Assembly (NCBI GenBank): GCA_964016885.1
Contig: OZ024743.1
Coordinates: forward strand, 181,722,001-181,786,000
From: Eledone cirrhosa
Lineage: Eukaryota
Reading direction: 5' to 3'
DNA: 64,000 bases
The translations under genes were made by a program, and so were the position numbers. Shown here in pieces: positions 15,206 through 26,058 of this stretch; the stretch's first letter is position 1, and each line of letters begins with the position of its first letter. Below the pieces are notes generated by a model. The model saw only the letters and a list, made by a program, of their open reading frames with translations, made no database searches and was not told where the DNA came from.

Positions 15206-15397
15206 GTCTACACAGTTTTGAGATGAAAATGAAAATTTCGCCCCAGAAAGGGGCGAAAATTAGTTGACTCAACGTCTGAAGGCCCAGGCAAGGGGTTAAA
15301 CTAAACAATGCTATTAAATTGAGCAATGCACTCACAGTTTTTTTTACAATAATCCGTAAAAGTCCGGAGCGAAGTAATTCACGTCTATATCAAGTGG

Positions 15398-15760
15398 TAA
15401 TTGATATAGAGAGGGGGGCTAAGAGAGAGGTACGTGTAGTAGATATAGGGTTTTAATTGATATAGAGAGGGGATTGGAAGAGAGTTCCGTGTAGTAGATA
15501 TGGAGAGGGGGATAGGAAGAGAGTTCCGTGTAGTAGATATAATGCGGAGGATAGTTTGGTGTTAATTGATATAAAGAGGGGATTGAAAGAGAGTTCCGTG
15601 TAGTAGATATAGAAAGGGGGAGATGTTAGGGGTGATTGATATACAGAGAGGGATTGGAAGAGATAAGTATAGATATTTATAAAGAGTGAGAGAGTGTATT
15701 AGTCTTAGATATAGAGAGTGGGATAAGAGAGGTGGTGTCGTGGTATATATAGAGAGGGGT
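15398..15760. repeat. Degenerate purine-rich minisatellite (GATATAGAGAGGG...AAGAGAGTTCCGTGTAGTA units)
   Basis: Several imperfect tandem units at the Tx1 5' boundary. Confidence 0.7.
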
Positions 15761-15989
15761 AGCTTTTAGCACATACAGTGAAGGGGGTTAAACAAGAGTT
15801 TTGTGTGATAAACATAGAGAGCAGGAGAGTTTGGTGACACTCTTGGGTCCCAAATAACAGGAGGGTGGCAACAGTGGGCGGGGGTCTTGGGAAATCAGTA
15901 ATTGTTTAGTGTACGTCTGTAAATATGGGATTTCTTGTAATGTTCTTCTTTTGTCATATATAATGTTTGTTTTTTAATGTAAAATAAAA

Positions 15990-16200
15990 TCATTGGATTT
16001 TCCAGATTCAATATGAATCACTTACAATAAAATTTCGCCGGAGATAGATTACCTAAATTTTGTAAGCGGGTGGAGGGGTTGGGGTGGAATAAAAAGCGTA
16101 GGTGGTGGAAAACGTCTGGCAAATTAATGAGTGGGTGGTGGGAACGATTATTCAAAACCTGATAATATATGAATTATTGGCGGACGTAAGAATGAAAACG
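15990..16200 (+). repeat. Unclassified dispersed repeat; diverged inverted copy at ~27300-27430
   Basis: CTTACAATAAAATTTCGCCGGAGATAGATTA matches the reverse complement of TAATCTATCTCTGGCGAAATTTTATTTTAAG. Confidence 0.55.
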
Positions 16201-16286
16201 CAATACTGAAGTAGACTTTAAATATTCATTTAATATGGCTTAGCCTTGTTACTCCGGAGTCTCACCTGCGTACTCACCAGACAAGA

Positions 16287-16329
16287 CTGGTGATCCTGTG
16301 AGTGCACAGGTGAAACTCTAGAGTAACAA
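16287..16329 (+). ncRNA. Decayed hammerhead (family E) within a small fold-back element (~16230-16360)
   Basis: CTGGTGA-T CCTGTG AGTG CACAGG T-GAAA-CTCTAGAG-TA-ACAA. Core A>G change; 5' strand of stem I lost. Confidence 0.6.
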
Positions 16330-16376
16330 ACTTTACCAATAGCCATAATAAATTAATGTATATATATCTATCTATC

Positions 16377-16423
<47 letters not shown>

Positions 16424-16426
<3 letters not shown>

Positions 16427-16705
16427 ATAAAAGAGAAAACACAGGTAAGCATTAAAAAAGGATTTGATCCAGGTATTTACGACCGTTTTATTGGTAAGTG
16501 CAACCTTATATTGCTATACTGCAAATAGCAGCCACTCAATAATAATTGTTGTTCACGTCCAACATTTTGGACGTGAACAACAATTATTATTGAGTGGCTG
16601 CTATTTGCAGTATAGCAATATAAGGTTGCACTTACCAATAAAACGGTCGTAAATACCTGGATCAAATCCTTTTTTAATGCTTACCTGTGTTTTCTCTTTT
16701 ATCCT
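16424..16705. repeat. Perfect ~139-bp-arm palindrome adjoining (TA)n
   Basis: Arms are reverse complements around the loop at 16563-16566. Confidence 0.95.
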
Positions 16706-16879
16706 TTATACTCCAAGATTGAACGTGATTCTTACAAACTTGTGGAGTTACCCCTAACCGTACGTTGAAACCGTCCATGAAACTGGCTTTCTTAACCACG
16801 AACTGGATTACAATAAGTAATTTTCTGCTTCCCTAACTATATAGAAATGAGATGATAGGGACTGGGGTCCCTATCATTC

Positions 16880-17055
16880 CACTGCAAAGTGGTCGTGGAG
16901 GTGCCACGGCAAAAAAGCACCCAGCATTCACTGTAAATGAGGTTGGTGTTAGGAAGGGCATCCAGCTGTAGAAATCAAGCCAGAATCAGTTCCCGTCCCA
17001 CCCTTGCAAGCAGGGAAAAGCGGACGTAAAATGAAATGATGATGATGATGATGAT
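16880..17055 (+). mobile_element. RTE-related SINE/LINE 3' tail ending in (TGA)n; related copy at ~48480-48675
   Basis: GGTTGGYGTTAGGAAGGRCATCCAGCYGTAGAAA...GGACGT..(ATG)n in both copies. Confidence 0.6.
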
Positions 17056-18334
17056 ATATATAGGAGTTGAATAAATTGGGTTCAATGCCAGTTTCCTACC
17101 AAATGCGAAGAAGCTTGATGTATTAATATATTAACCCCTTAAAGAAAGGGCATAGAGCGTAATTTTTTAAAATTATATATATTTACAGAATTAGGAAAAA
17201 ATCCAAACCCGGTTCATAAGTCGAGACAGTTAATAAACACATTGAGTTTATATGGTGTGGTTTGAAATTCTCATGAGTGGAGAATATATTTATGAAGTTT
17301 TAATATTTTGAAGTGTTGTTTAGATTATAATTTTTGTTCACAACTCCAATAGGTAATGAGGATTTTTTAACCAATTTCTTGAAGGACATACTCATCCAAA
17401 ACATATCAAAAACAAATTCATGTCGAAAGTAAAGCCGGTGTAATATTCTCCTCCAAAGCGAAAATATTTCAGCACATCATTTACGTCGAATTATGAAATT
17501 GGTGAAAATCGGCAAAATATTGACCTCGAATATAAACCGAACCCTCATTTTACCTCAAACACTCCTTCTAACGATTCTTGTCAGAAGCAACCGTCTCCAA
17601 CTGATCTTGCTGGGTCCCCAGAATATACCAGCTAAACTCACGATCAGTATGCTTGAGCTGGGCAGTGAAGTGAGCTCCTGCTGGCCTACAAAATGGCTCA
17701 AATAGGTTACGTCTATTACCTCTGCTGCTAAAACTCCCTCCCATGCGTCCCCGTTGCGGCACTGGCTCCACCAAATTTTGTTGGTTGTGAAAGCGAGATC
17801 TCGGCGCTATAACCATTGCAATGCTTGGATTTCCTTATCCTAAAGTGCATATACTTGCAATTGGGCACCGCTTATGGAACCAAACGCCCGAAGAAACACC
17901 ATTGAAATGGACATATACCGTGAATTCCTTCAATGAGGCCGACTCAACCCACTCCGGGTGAAGGCCGCCACTAGTACTAGTAAATAAGTAAATCATTATT
18001 AGCTAAAATATTAAATTGTGTCACCTTTCATTACTCTATTTCCATTTGTAATCTGAAGACTGGTTCGCTTCACTAGGTTTATTTCCTGTTTGTCCTGACA
18101 CACTAAACAAAGACAAAATTATGAATGCTGACACAATGATTCATCGAAAATTTTATATAAAATATAATATCAGTGTTGTTATTTGATAGGACTATGTGTA
18201 GGTTGTTATTAATTTCGAGGGGGAAAAAACACCAATAGAGAGCGTAGCTCAGAGATGAGATAATAATTCCAGGTAGAGCCACTACTTCTCTGAATTGAGA
18301 GATCACAGGTCCGATACTATGAACATGTAGTTAG

Positions 18335-18600
18335 AAATGTCTCAGGAAATAATCACTGGCAAGAGACCCAGAGCAAGATGGTTGGATAACATCTATGAGC
18401 TTGGCTGGTCTTGCTTAAGGATCCAGCCGGATCAATTAGGGACGTTGCTTCTGACGGGACCTGCTGGAAGGAGTGTTTGAGGACTCTTCCCCCACGACCC
18501 TTTCAGGGAGGAGGAGAAGAAGAAGAAGAAGAAGAAGAAGAAGAAGAAGAAGAAGAAGAAGAAGAAGAAGAAGAAGAAGAAGAAGAAGAAGAAGAAGAAG
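18335..18600 (+). mobile_element. RTE-clade LINE 3' fragment with (GAA)n tail
   Basis: Translates to GKRPRARWLDNIYELGWS...WKECLRTLPPRP, resembling the RTE C-terminus GRPRTRW...LLPPRP. Confidence 0.7.
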
Positions 18601-18777
18601 AAAAAAAACAACAACAACAACAACATCTAATGTTCTTTAGTTAGTTTTTACTGTTGGTATTTTTATAATTTGAATTATATGAGATGATCATATTCCTTGG
18701 CAAGTGTTTTAAAACAAACATTTGACGCTGTCAACTACATTTTGCTTCTCTTTTTCTTCCAAATGCAACAGTGTTAC

Positions 18778-19094
18778 TAGGGTTAGATTTAGACCTCGAG
18801 GGGCCCGGAGCACTTCAGGCTTGGGGGAGGGGGCTCATACGCAAACAATGAGAATACACAGCAAACCCCACCCAATTTTACATATGAAATTCAGCTTCAC
18901 GCAAGTAATTGGAATTGAAAAATTATACATACGGGTATTAAATTCAAAAAATTCTAACCATCCTAATACTAAAAATCCCAGCCGAGGGCACAAATAAATT
19001 GCTACAACGGTCGCTGGTGGGGCCATCCAATGCAGGGAGCCCGGCGCAATACCCCCCCCCCCCTTTCCCGCCAGTCCCATTAAATCCGGCCCTG
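18778..19094. mobile_element. hAT-type MITE
   Basis: TIRs TAGGGTTAGATTTA / TAAATCCGGCCCTG; 8-bp TSD AGTGTTAC/AGTGTTCC. Confidence 0.85.
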
Positions 19095-19227
19095 AGTGTT
19101 CCCACTTTATGGAAATTGTTCATAGATTTGTGGACAATTGTGGTTCTTATGAGGCGATTATACAATATATTTGAAAGAATATTTCTGTGGGTATCAGGTA
19201 AAAACTATCAACAGTTAAGAAGCTAAA

Positions 19228-19418
19228 TAATTGTTTCTACTTTTTGGCACAAGGCCAGCAATTACCCAGTGCAATACTGGTACTTTATTTTATCGACCCC
19301 GTAAGGATGAAAGGCAAAGTTAACCTCGCCGGTATTTGAACTCAGAATGGCAAGGGCCGTAACTCTATGCGTCAAAGCATGGTGTCCGACCCTCTACTGA
19401 TACTGCCAATCCACCGCC
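19228..19418 (-). mobile_element. tRNA-derived SINE, family 1 (Meta-domain-like centre)
   Basis: A box TGGCAGTATCRG, B box GAGTTCAAAT, central GCCTTTCATCCTTACGGGGTCGATAAAATAAAGTACCAG, (TTA) tail. More than 10 copies in the window. Confidence 0.85.
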
Positions 19419-19507
19419 ATTGCTAAATAATAAATGCAATTTATCTTTGTTTAGGTAATTGTACTTGCTTGTGAACACTAAACTTCGTCTTTTGTTTTTA
19501 TTGTTCA

Positions 19508-19561
<54 letters not shown>

Positions 19562-19697
19562 TGGGGGGGGGGGGTAATTATATATGGCTGTAGCTCGATT
19601 AGAATGCACATCGCAGTCCGATATGACGAAAGCCTACAACAAAAACATAACACTCATCACCTTATTGGAATTATTGACTGTACCATAGTCAGGTAGG

Positions 19698-19748
<51 letters not shown>

Positions 19749-20115
19749 GGAAGGCGAGGCGGTGTGCTTACTGATAATGTGTTAGAAGGTAAGGCGACAC
19801 AAACAACAGATGGAAAGTTTCCCTTCGTCAGCTGTTTACTACGGATCATGGATGTTTCGGTGCATTATAAACAGAACATCGATCCATAGCGCGCCCATAG
19901 CCTTTTATCTATCAAAAAGCCATAAGGGAAAGAAGTGATAGCGAAGAGAGAGAAAGAAAGAAAAAAGGGGAGAAGGAAAAAAAAGGAAACAACGAAATAA
20001 ACATACCGATAGAAGGGGGAATAAAGGACAATGTCACATGTAAGAAGAAGAGAAAATAGATCAAGTTATATATATATAATCATGAGGGTAGAATTTACTT
20101 CATTTATTTTTAATC

Positions 20116-20174
20116 GCTATTATATATATTTCGTTGATAACTGTTATGCAACAGTTATGACCTCATCAGACAGC
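20116..20174 (-). ncRNA. Type I hammerhead ribozyme (family F) in a TA-flanked ~170-bp element
   Basis: GCTGT-CTGATGA-GGTC ATAACTGTT GCAT AACAGTTAT CAAC-GAAA-TATATA-TA-ATAGC, then AATAAA. Confidence 0.78.
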
Positions 20175-20290
20175 TAGAAGTTGAACTGAAAAAACAGAAA
20201 AACACGAAGGAATAAAAATTACTCTTTTTGCTTCGATTCCTTTTCTGCCCTGTGTGTGTGTGTGTGTGTATATATGTGTGTATATATATG

Positions 20291-20477
<187 letters not shown>

Positions 20478-20609
20478 ATACTTTGGGAGGGTCATGTTGC
20501 CAATAAGAAACACACGCACCAGTTGCTTTCACTTCAATTTATTATAATAAATTTATAATAAATTTATAATAAATTTATAAATTTATAAATTTCTGGTTGT
20601 TTATATATT

Positions 20610-20652
20610 GTCATAGTTCTTTCGTCACACACTCTGTGACCTCTTCAGTGAC
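20610..20652 (-). ncRNA. Minimal hammerhead in Penelope 3' pseudo-LTR
   Basis: GTCA-CTGAAGA-G-GTCACA GAGTG TGTGAC-GAAA-GAAC-TA-TGAC. Confidence 0.75.
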
Positions 20653-20851
20653 TGGGGATTCCTTTCTTTGTTTCTGTGCCTCTCCTTTGTTCTGTCCTAC
20701 GCCATTTTGTTTCTGTGTGTGTGTTGTGTGTTCAGTCTGCGCATGCGCCACATCCGGGTGTCTGTGTGGTTATGTTCATTTATTTATTTGTTTATTTACA
20801 TGTTACTGGTTGGTTGTTTGTTCTATGTGTGTGTGTGTTTTCATTTTGTCC

Positions 20852-23548
20852 TTAATTGTAAGTTGTGATGTTGCTGTTCCACTCATATTTTCTATTTACT
20901 TTTGGTTGTAATTCTTTTATGTTTATTGCCTCTGTAATTTGTCTAAACATTGCGTCTTTTCTGTGTGTAGATTCTATTTTTATTTCTATGTTCTCTAATT
21001 TACCCTTGTGTTCTATTTTAGCATGTTGGTAGAGTACAGATGATTCTTTACTATCTTGAAGGTCTCGCCAGTGTTCATTTATCCGTTCCCCTACACTACG
21101 AGCTATCTCACCTATGTACACTATATTTTTGTCTCTACATTGTCCTTCAGTACATTTTATGCTATACACTACATTTCTAGTTTTACAGTTAATATGGGGG
21201 CTTATTTTACAGGTTATACATTTCTTATCTATACATGAGGGTCTTTGAAAAGGGTATGTCTTGCTAATAAGTGTTTTTACGAAGGTACCTGGTCTTTCTA
21301 CTATCTTAATATTGAGTTTATGTTTATTTAGGGCCCTTCTAAATTTGTAAGCTAATTCACCTCTAGGGGTTGTATCGATGAACATTACACTCTGGTATTT
21401 GTTGCTATCATACCATGAGTTTATTCTATTAGCCTTGTTCCTAGTTCTTTCTATTCTATTCCAAAATTTGCTCCTATACAAGGGGCAGGTCCCATTTATG
21501 TCATTATTTACCATTTTTTCCCATTTGGTTCTGGCTCCTCTATACACTCTAATTTTATCTCTCTGATTGTAGCCAGAGAACTGCATACGGTGGATGAAGT
21601 GTTGTATGTGTCTCTCTAGTTCTTCGGGGTTGCACATGTGGGACACGTTTCTTATCACCCGTACCAAATCCGCAATCAGTATGTTGATTTTGGTATGGTC
21701 CGAAACGGCCGAGTTTCGGTGGATCAGATGTTTGGAAGTCATGGGTTTGGCATAATGGGAATGGAGGATTTGTTTTTTGTTATTAATGGTATCTAACCAG
21801 AGCTCTGTGTCTAGTACAGGTAATCGATGGTTGGGGTGTTTACTTGGGTAGTCTATAGTAACTCTAATGCTCTGGTGGATGGAGTTAGCTATTTGCTGGA
21901 TGCTTTCCATTATGTTTTTCTCTAGTTCCTGACTGTTCTCTAGTGGGGGTGTCTTAACTACGATGTTTATATCATCAACGTAGCGGGAGTACATTATCAG
22001 GGTTAAGGGGTCTTCTAATTGTTCTTTAAGTTTAAGTTTAAGTCTACTGTCCCACCATACCATGAATAAGTTAGCTATGTCGCCTGCAATGCTAACACCA
22101 ATGGCTGCTCCTTCCTCTTGGGCATATGTTTTTCCATTAAATTTGAACATATGTTCCTTAAGGGTTAGTTTTATGCTGGCCCCTATCGCATGTGCAATCA
22201 TTTTCTTCAGTTCATCGTGGTTTTCGGGTGTCCGTATGGCTCTAGTCCACCCGTTCCATCTATCTGTGTGGGTTTTCTTGGCCATTGAGGTAACGGTAGG
22301 TGGTCTGCCTCTTGCTGGTCTTGTAGGGCACATGTTGCTAAGGTCATATGTGTCTAGGTAATTATTACTATAGGTAAGCTTAAGTAGGAGTCCCAGCTCA
22401 CTGGTATCAATCCCACGGAACTCAACCGTGCTCTCACTGATCATTTCTACGCATTTCTCCACAGCAAAATCCACGTCAATAGATGGATACAGGGACACAA
22501 CATCCATACTGCCTATTATGCAGTTTGTTAGGTCCCTAGATCGGTTACTCACGCCGATTCTGCTGAGGAGGTCCTCCGTGCTGTCACATACATCTGGGGA
22601 CATTTCAATGATGGGGCGTATGATCAGGGAGAGGAAGTAGGACAGTCTGTAGTTACTAGCAATGTTAGCTCCACAGACTGGCGGTGTTGGTGGTCCCGCG
22701 ACAGGGTCACTGCCCGTTTTATGGTCTTTTCGAAGCCCATACAACGCCGGCACGTCATTGTTCCAGGCCTGGAAGTTGTTGGCAGTCCTTTTATTGGGCT
22801 GCATTATATTCGTCCACATCACCATATGGGCATTGAGGGCTTTTTCTCTATCCTCATGCTCCTGTGGTGTTACCTCTCTTGTGTTAGTGATGTGGGGTTG
22901 CATTGCCTGGATGTAGTTTGGCAGGCTGTCCACCGACATTCTGCCAGACTTGTCTGTTGGAAAGCATGCTATCTCTCCATTACGTGAGCGCTGCATGAGC
23001 TTACGCAAGCCATTTGCAGATTTTTCTCCCAGTTGCTGGGCCTCCATTCTATTATGCTTCTTGCTATACTGTTCTATAATATTTCTAAGTTCGGATCTAG
23101 CTATACTAAATTGTGCTTCTGTTTGTTCATCGACCTGCGACGGCAATTGCGTGCGTTTGTTAAATGGTAAAGTCGTGGCGTGGACTCGTCGCAGGTCGAA
23201 CGATTTATCGGAAGGATTATAAAACGTAGAGTTCCAGGCTGCTGCTTTATATGTACTAGTGCTATTGTTATTGTTAGTTGTGTTGTTTCTATTTCTATTT
23301 CCACCAACAGCCTCATGGTTGTTTCTATGTCTCTCATAATTACTCCTATCTCTTACCACTGGCTCATTGTTGTTATCTATCCTATTTTGTGTGTCTATGT
23401 GTTCGTCTTGGTTATTTTCTTTGTCCTTAGTCTCCCTTCTCCTTTTAATCCTATTACTTTCCCTTATTTCTGTGATTTCGGTGCTACTGTCATTACTTGT
23501 TTTCTGTGTCTGTGTGTTTGTTAAGATTGTGGTGGTGGTGAGAGGCAT
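20852..23548 (-). CDS. Penelope reverse transcriptase + GIY-YIG endonuclease (898-aa open segment; N-terminus frameshifted)
   Basis: TDKSG, LYGLRKDHK, SMDVVSLYPSID, YAQEEGAAIG, SRYVDD, Cys-rich linker CIDKKCITC (Neptune-like, tentative), NVVYSIKC..VYIGE..R..EH. Confidence 0.93.
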   Translation of the reverse strand: MPLTTTTILTNTQTQKTSNDSSTEITEIRESNRIKRRRETKDKENNQDEHIDTQNRIDNNNEPVVRDRSNYERHRNNHEAVGGNRNRNNTTNNNNSTSTYKAAAWNSTFYNPSDKSFDLRRVHATTLPFNKRTQLPSQVDEQTEAQFSIARSELRNIIEQYSKKHNRMEAQQLGEKSANGLRKLMQRSRNGEIACFPTDKSGRMSVDSLPNYIQAMQPHITNTREVTPQEHEDREKALNAHMVMWTNIMQPNKRTANNFQAWNNDVPALYGLRKDHKTGSDPVAGPPTPPVCGANIASNYRLSYFLSLIIRPIIEMSPDVCDSTEDLLSRIGVSNRSRDLTNCIIGSMDVVSLYPSIDVDFAVEKCVEMISESTVEFRGIDTSELGLLLKLTYSNNYLDTYDLSNMCPTRPARGRPPTVTSMAKKTHTDRWNGWTRAIRTPENHDELKKMIAHAIGASIKLTLKEHMFKFNGKTYAQEEGAAIGVSIAGDIANLFMVWWDSRLKLKLKEQLEDPLTLIMYSRYVDDINIVVKTPPLENSQELEKNIMESIQQIANSIHQSIRVTIDYPSKHPNHRLPVLDTELWLDTINNKKQILHSHYAKPMTSKHLIHRNSAVSDHTKINILIADLVRVIRNVSHMCNPEELERHIQHFIHRMQFSGYNQRDKIRVYRGARTKWEKMVNNDINGTCPLYRSKFWNRIERTRNKANRINSWYDSNKYQSVMFIDTTPRGELAYKFRRALNKHKLNIKIVERPGTFVKTLISKTYPFQRPSCIDKKCITCKISPHINCKTRNVVYSIKCTEGQCRDKNIVYIGEIARSVGERINEHWRDLQDSKESSVLYQHAKIEHKGKLENIEIKIESTHRKDAMFRQITEAINIKELQPKVNRKYEWNSNITTYN

Positions 23549-24475
23549 TGAATGTGTGTGTGTTGTTGTTGATGTGTGCTGTTGTTGATGTGTGTTGTTG
23601 TTGTCTCCGTGTGTGTTATTGTTGTTGTGTGTGTTGTTATTGTTGTTTGTGTCTGCGTGTCTGTTGTTGTTTCTGGGTATGTTGTTATTGTTGTTGTTGT
23701 TGGTGTGTTGTTGTTGTTATTGTTGTTTGTGTCTGTGTGTCTGTTGTTGTTGGGATGTGTGTTGTATATGTGTGTGCGTATATTGTTGCTTTTGTTTTTG
23801 TTTTTGTTTTTGAGGCTCCAGCGTAGTTTTGTAAATGATTTTTCTATTTCTGACAGACAACTAATCATATTTACCTTCTTGAATGTCGCAAATTTCGGGG
23901 GTAAACACAACACAGATCTCTCATCATTATCTATTATTGTGTTGCCGTATATATTTGTGTTGTTGTTGTTGTTGTTGAACTCATCTGTTAATGAGGTGTC
24001 GGCCATATTTATACCGTCAATTTTGTCGGGATATCTATTGGTATTCTCTATAGTATCCTGATTTAGCTTTATCTGCTTAAGCCACTTTAGTTTCTTGTTA
24101 AAGTGCTTATCACATTCTTGTGTGATGTACTGTTCTTCAGGACGTATAAGGCTTATAAATATTAGTTTCTCTCTTGGTGTGGTGATCCTAGCTATTTCTT
24201 GTATTAGGTTTACGCTTATGTTTTTCTTGATGACTTAATTCTCTATAGATCTTCTTTTTTATGTTTAGAATTAATGTTCGTTTTAGCCTATCTGCTTGTT
24301 TTTTTGGTGAGTTGTAATCTTCTTACGTCGGTGTTGATGGTGTTGGTGTAAACTCGGGACGAGGCACATTCTTTTCTGAAGTGTAGTTGTCGAGATGTTA
24401 TGGTTTTTCGTAGACAACAGAACATGGTGGTTTTCAGTATCTTGTTAGCCTGGCTAAGGCTTACGATATTTCGTT
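23521..24475 (-). pseudogene. Frameshifted N-terminal region of the Penelope ORF
   Basis: ORF 23521-24006 contains ERSVLCLPPKFA, typical of the PLE pre-RT region. The upstream frame RNIVSLSQANKILKTTM...LHFRKEC is interrupted by a frameshift in an A-run near 24300. Confidence 0.75.
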
Positions 24476-24885
24476 ACTTCAAGATAGTAAACAATCATCT
24501 GTACTCTACCAACATGCTAAAATAGAACACAAGGGTAAATTAGAGAACATAGAAATATAAATAGAATCTACACACAGAAAAGACGCAATGTTTAGACAAA
24601 TTACAGAGGCAATAAACATAAAAGAATTACAACCAAAAGTAAATAGAAAATATGAGTGGAACAGCAACATCACAACTTACAATTAAGGACAAAATGAAAA
24701 CACACACACACATAGAACAAACAACCAACCAGTAACATGTAAATAAACAAATAAATAAATGAACATAAACACACAGACATCCGGATGTGGCGCATGCGCA
24801 GACTGAGCACACAACACACACACAGAAACAAAATGGCGTAGGACAAAACAAAGGAGAGGCACAGAAACAAAGAAAGGAATCCCCA

Positions 24886-24928
24886 GTCACTGAAGAGGTC
24901 ACAGAGTGTGTGACGAAAGAACTATGAC
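24886..24928 (+). ncRNA. Minimal hammerhead in Penelope inverted 5' pseudo-LTR
   Basis: Reverse complement of 20610-20652. Confidence 0.75.
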
Positions 24929-25153
24929 AATATATAAACAACTATCTGGTTGTGGAACCAACCAACCAACCAACCAGAAATTTATAAATTTATAAATTTA
25001 TAAATTTATTATAAATTTATTATAATAAATTGAAGTGAAAGCAACTGGTGCGTGTGTTTCTTATTGGCAACATGACCCTCCCAAAGTATAACAATATCGG
25101 TTTCAACACACGATTTCAGATAAAGAATCTTGCTAAACAAATTCAGAAACGAA

Positions 25154-25252
<99 letters not shown>

Positions 25253-25367
25253 TGTGTGTGTGTATTAAAATAACAGATCAAAGTTTAAGCAAAGAATCGT
25301 TGCTTTCACTTTTAGATGGATCTTCTGAAACTCTTCGGATGTTAGTCTTCACATTTATTATTATTAC

Positions 25368-25469
<102 letters not shown>

Positions 25470-25479
25470 TGTGTGTGCA

Positions 25480-25512
<33 letters not shown>

Positions 25513-25544
25513 AGAGAGAGAGTGTGTGTGTGGTGTGTATGTGT

Positions 25545-25700
25545 CTTGTTACTCTGGAGTTTCATCTGCGCACACACGAGATCATCATCCTGTGTGTGCA
25601 CAGGAGCAACGAGACTCCACTACTTAGCCATAATAAATGAATATTTAAACTCTACTTCGGTATTGAGTACTGTTTTCTCTCTTCTGTCAACTACATACGG
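25545..25700. mobile_element. Family E fold-back fragment with decayed hammerhead (- strand 25545-25588) and bulged hairpin (+ strand 25649-25668)
   Basis: ATGATGA-TCTCGTGTGTGCGCAGAT-GAAA-CTCCAGAG-TA-ACAAG. Shares AGCCATAATAAAT with 16341-16353. Confidence 0.55.
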
Positions 25701-25738
25701 ATATATATATATGGACTCTCCCGTCGATTTCTACGTAT

Positions 25739-26058
25739 GAGGTTAACTTTGCCTTTCATCCTTATGGGATCGATAAAATAAAGTACCAGTAATGCACTGG
25801 GTAATTACTGGCCTTGTGCCAAAAAGTAGAAACAATTATTTAGCTTCTTAACTGTTGATAATTTTTACCTGATACCCACAGAAATATTCTTTCAAATATA
25901 TTGTATAATCGCCTCATAAGAACCACAATTTCCATAAAGTGGGAACACTCAGGGCCGGATTTAATTGGACTGGCGGGAAAGGGGGGTATTGCGCCGGGCT
26001 CCCTGCATTGGATGGTCCCACCAGCGACCGTTGTAGCAATTTATTTGTGCCCTCGACT
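25739..26058. repeat. Inverted duplicate of 18979-19328 (MITE end + unique spacer + SINE end)
   Basis: Colinear reverse-complement match that includes the non-repeat spacer, with a small deletion. Confidence 0.9.

Larger units (their letters stand above)
9996..15395 (-). mobile_element. Tx1-clade (L1 group) non-LTR retrotransposon, near full length, frameshifted
   Basis: ORF1 fragments followed by an APE-RT-CCHC ORF2. The 5' end near 15395 is approximate and the 3' UTR extends an undetermined distance below 9996. Confidence 0.9.

Noticed and set aside
17493-17990. GC-richer stretch with short ORFs; likewise 26390-26900 and 28789-28983
   Set aside because: No recognisable motif; probably decayed TE but cannot be assigned without a search.
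19810-19865. GAAA...CTGACGA arrangement resembling a type II hammerhead (- strand)
   Set aside because: Stems I and III do not pair properly; at best a decayed remnant.
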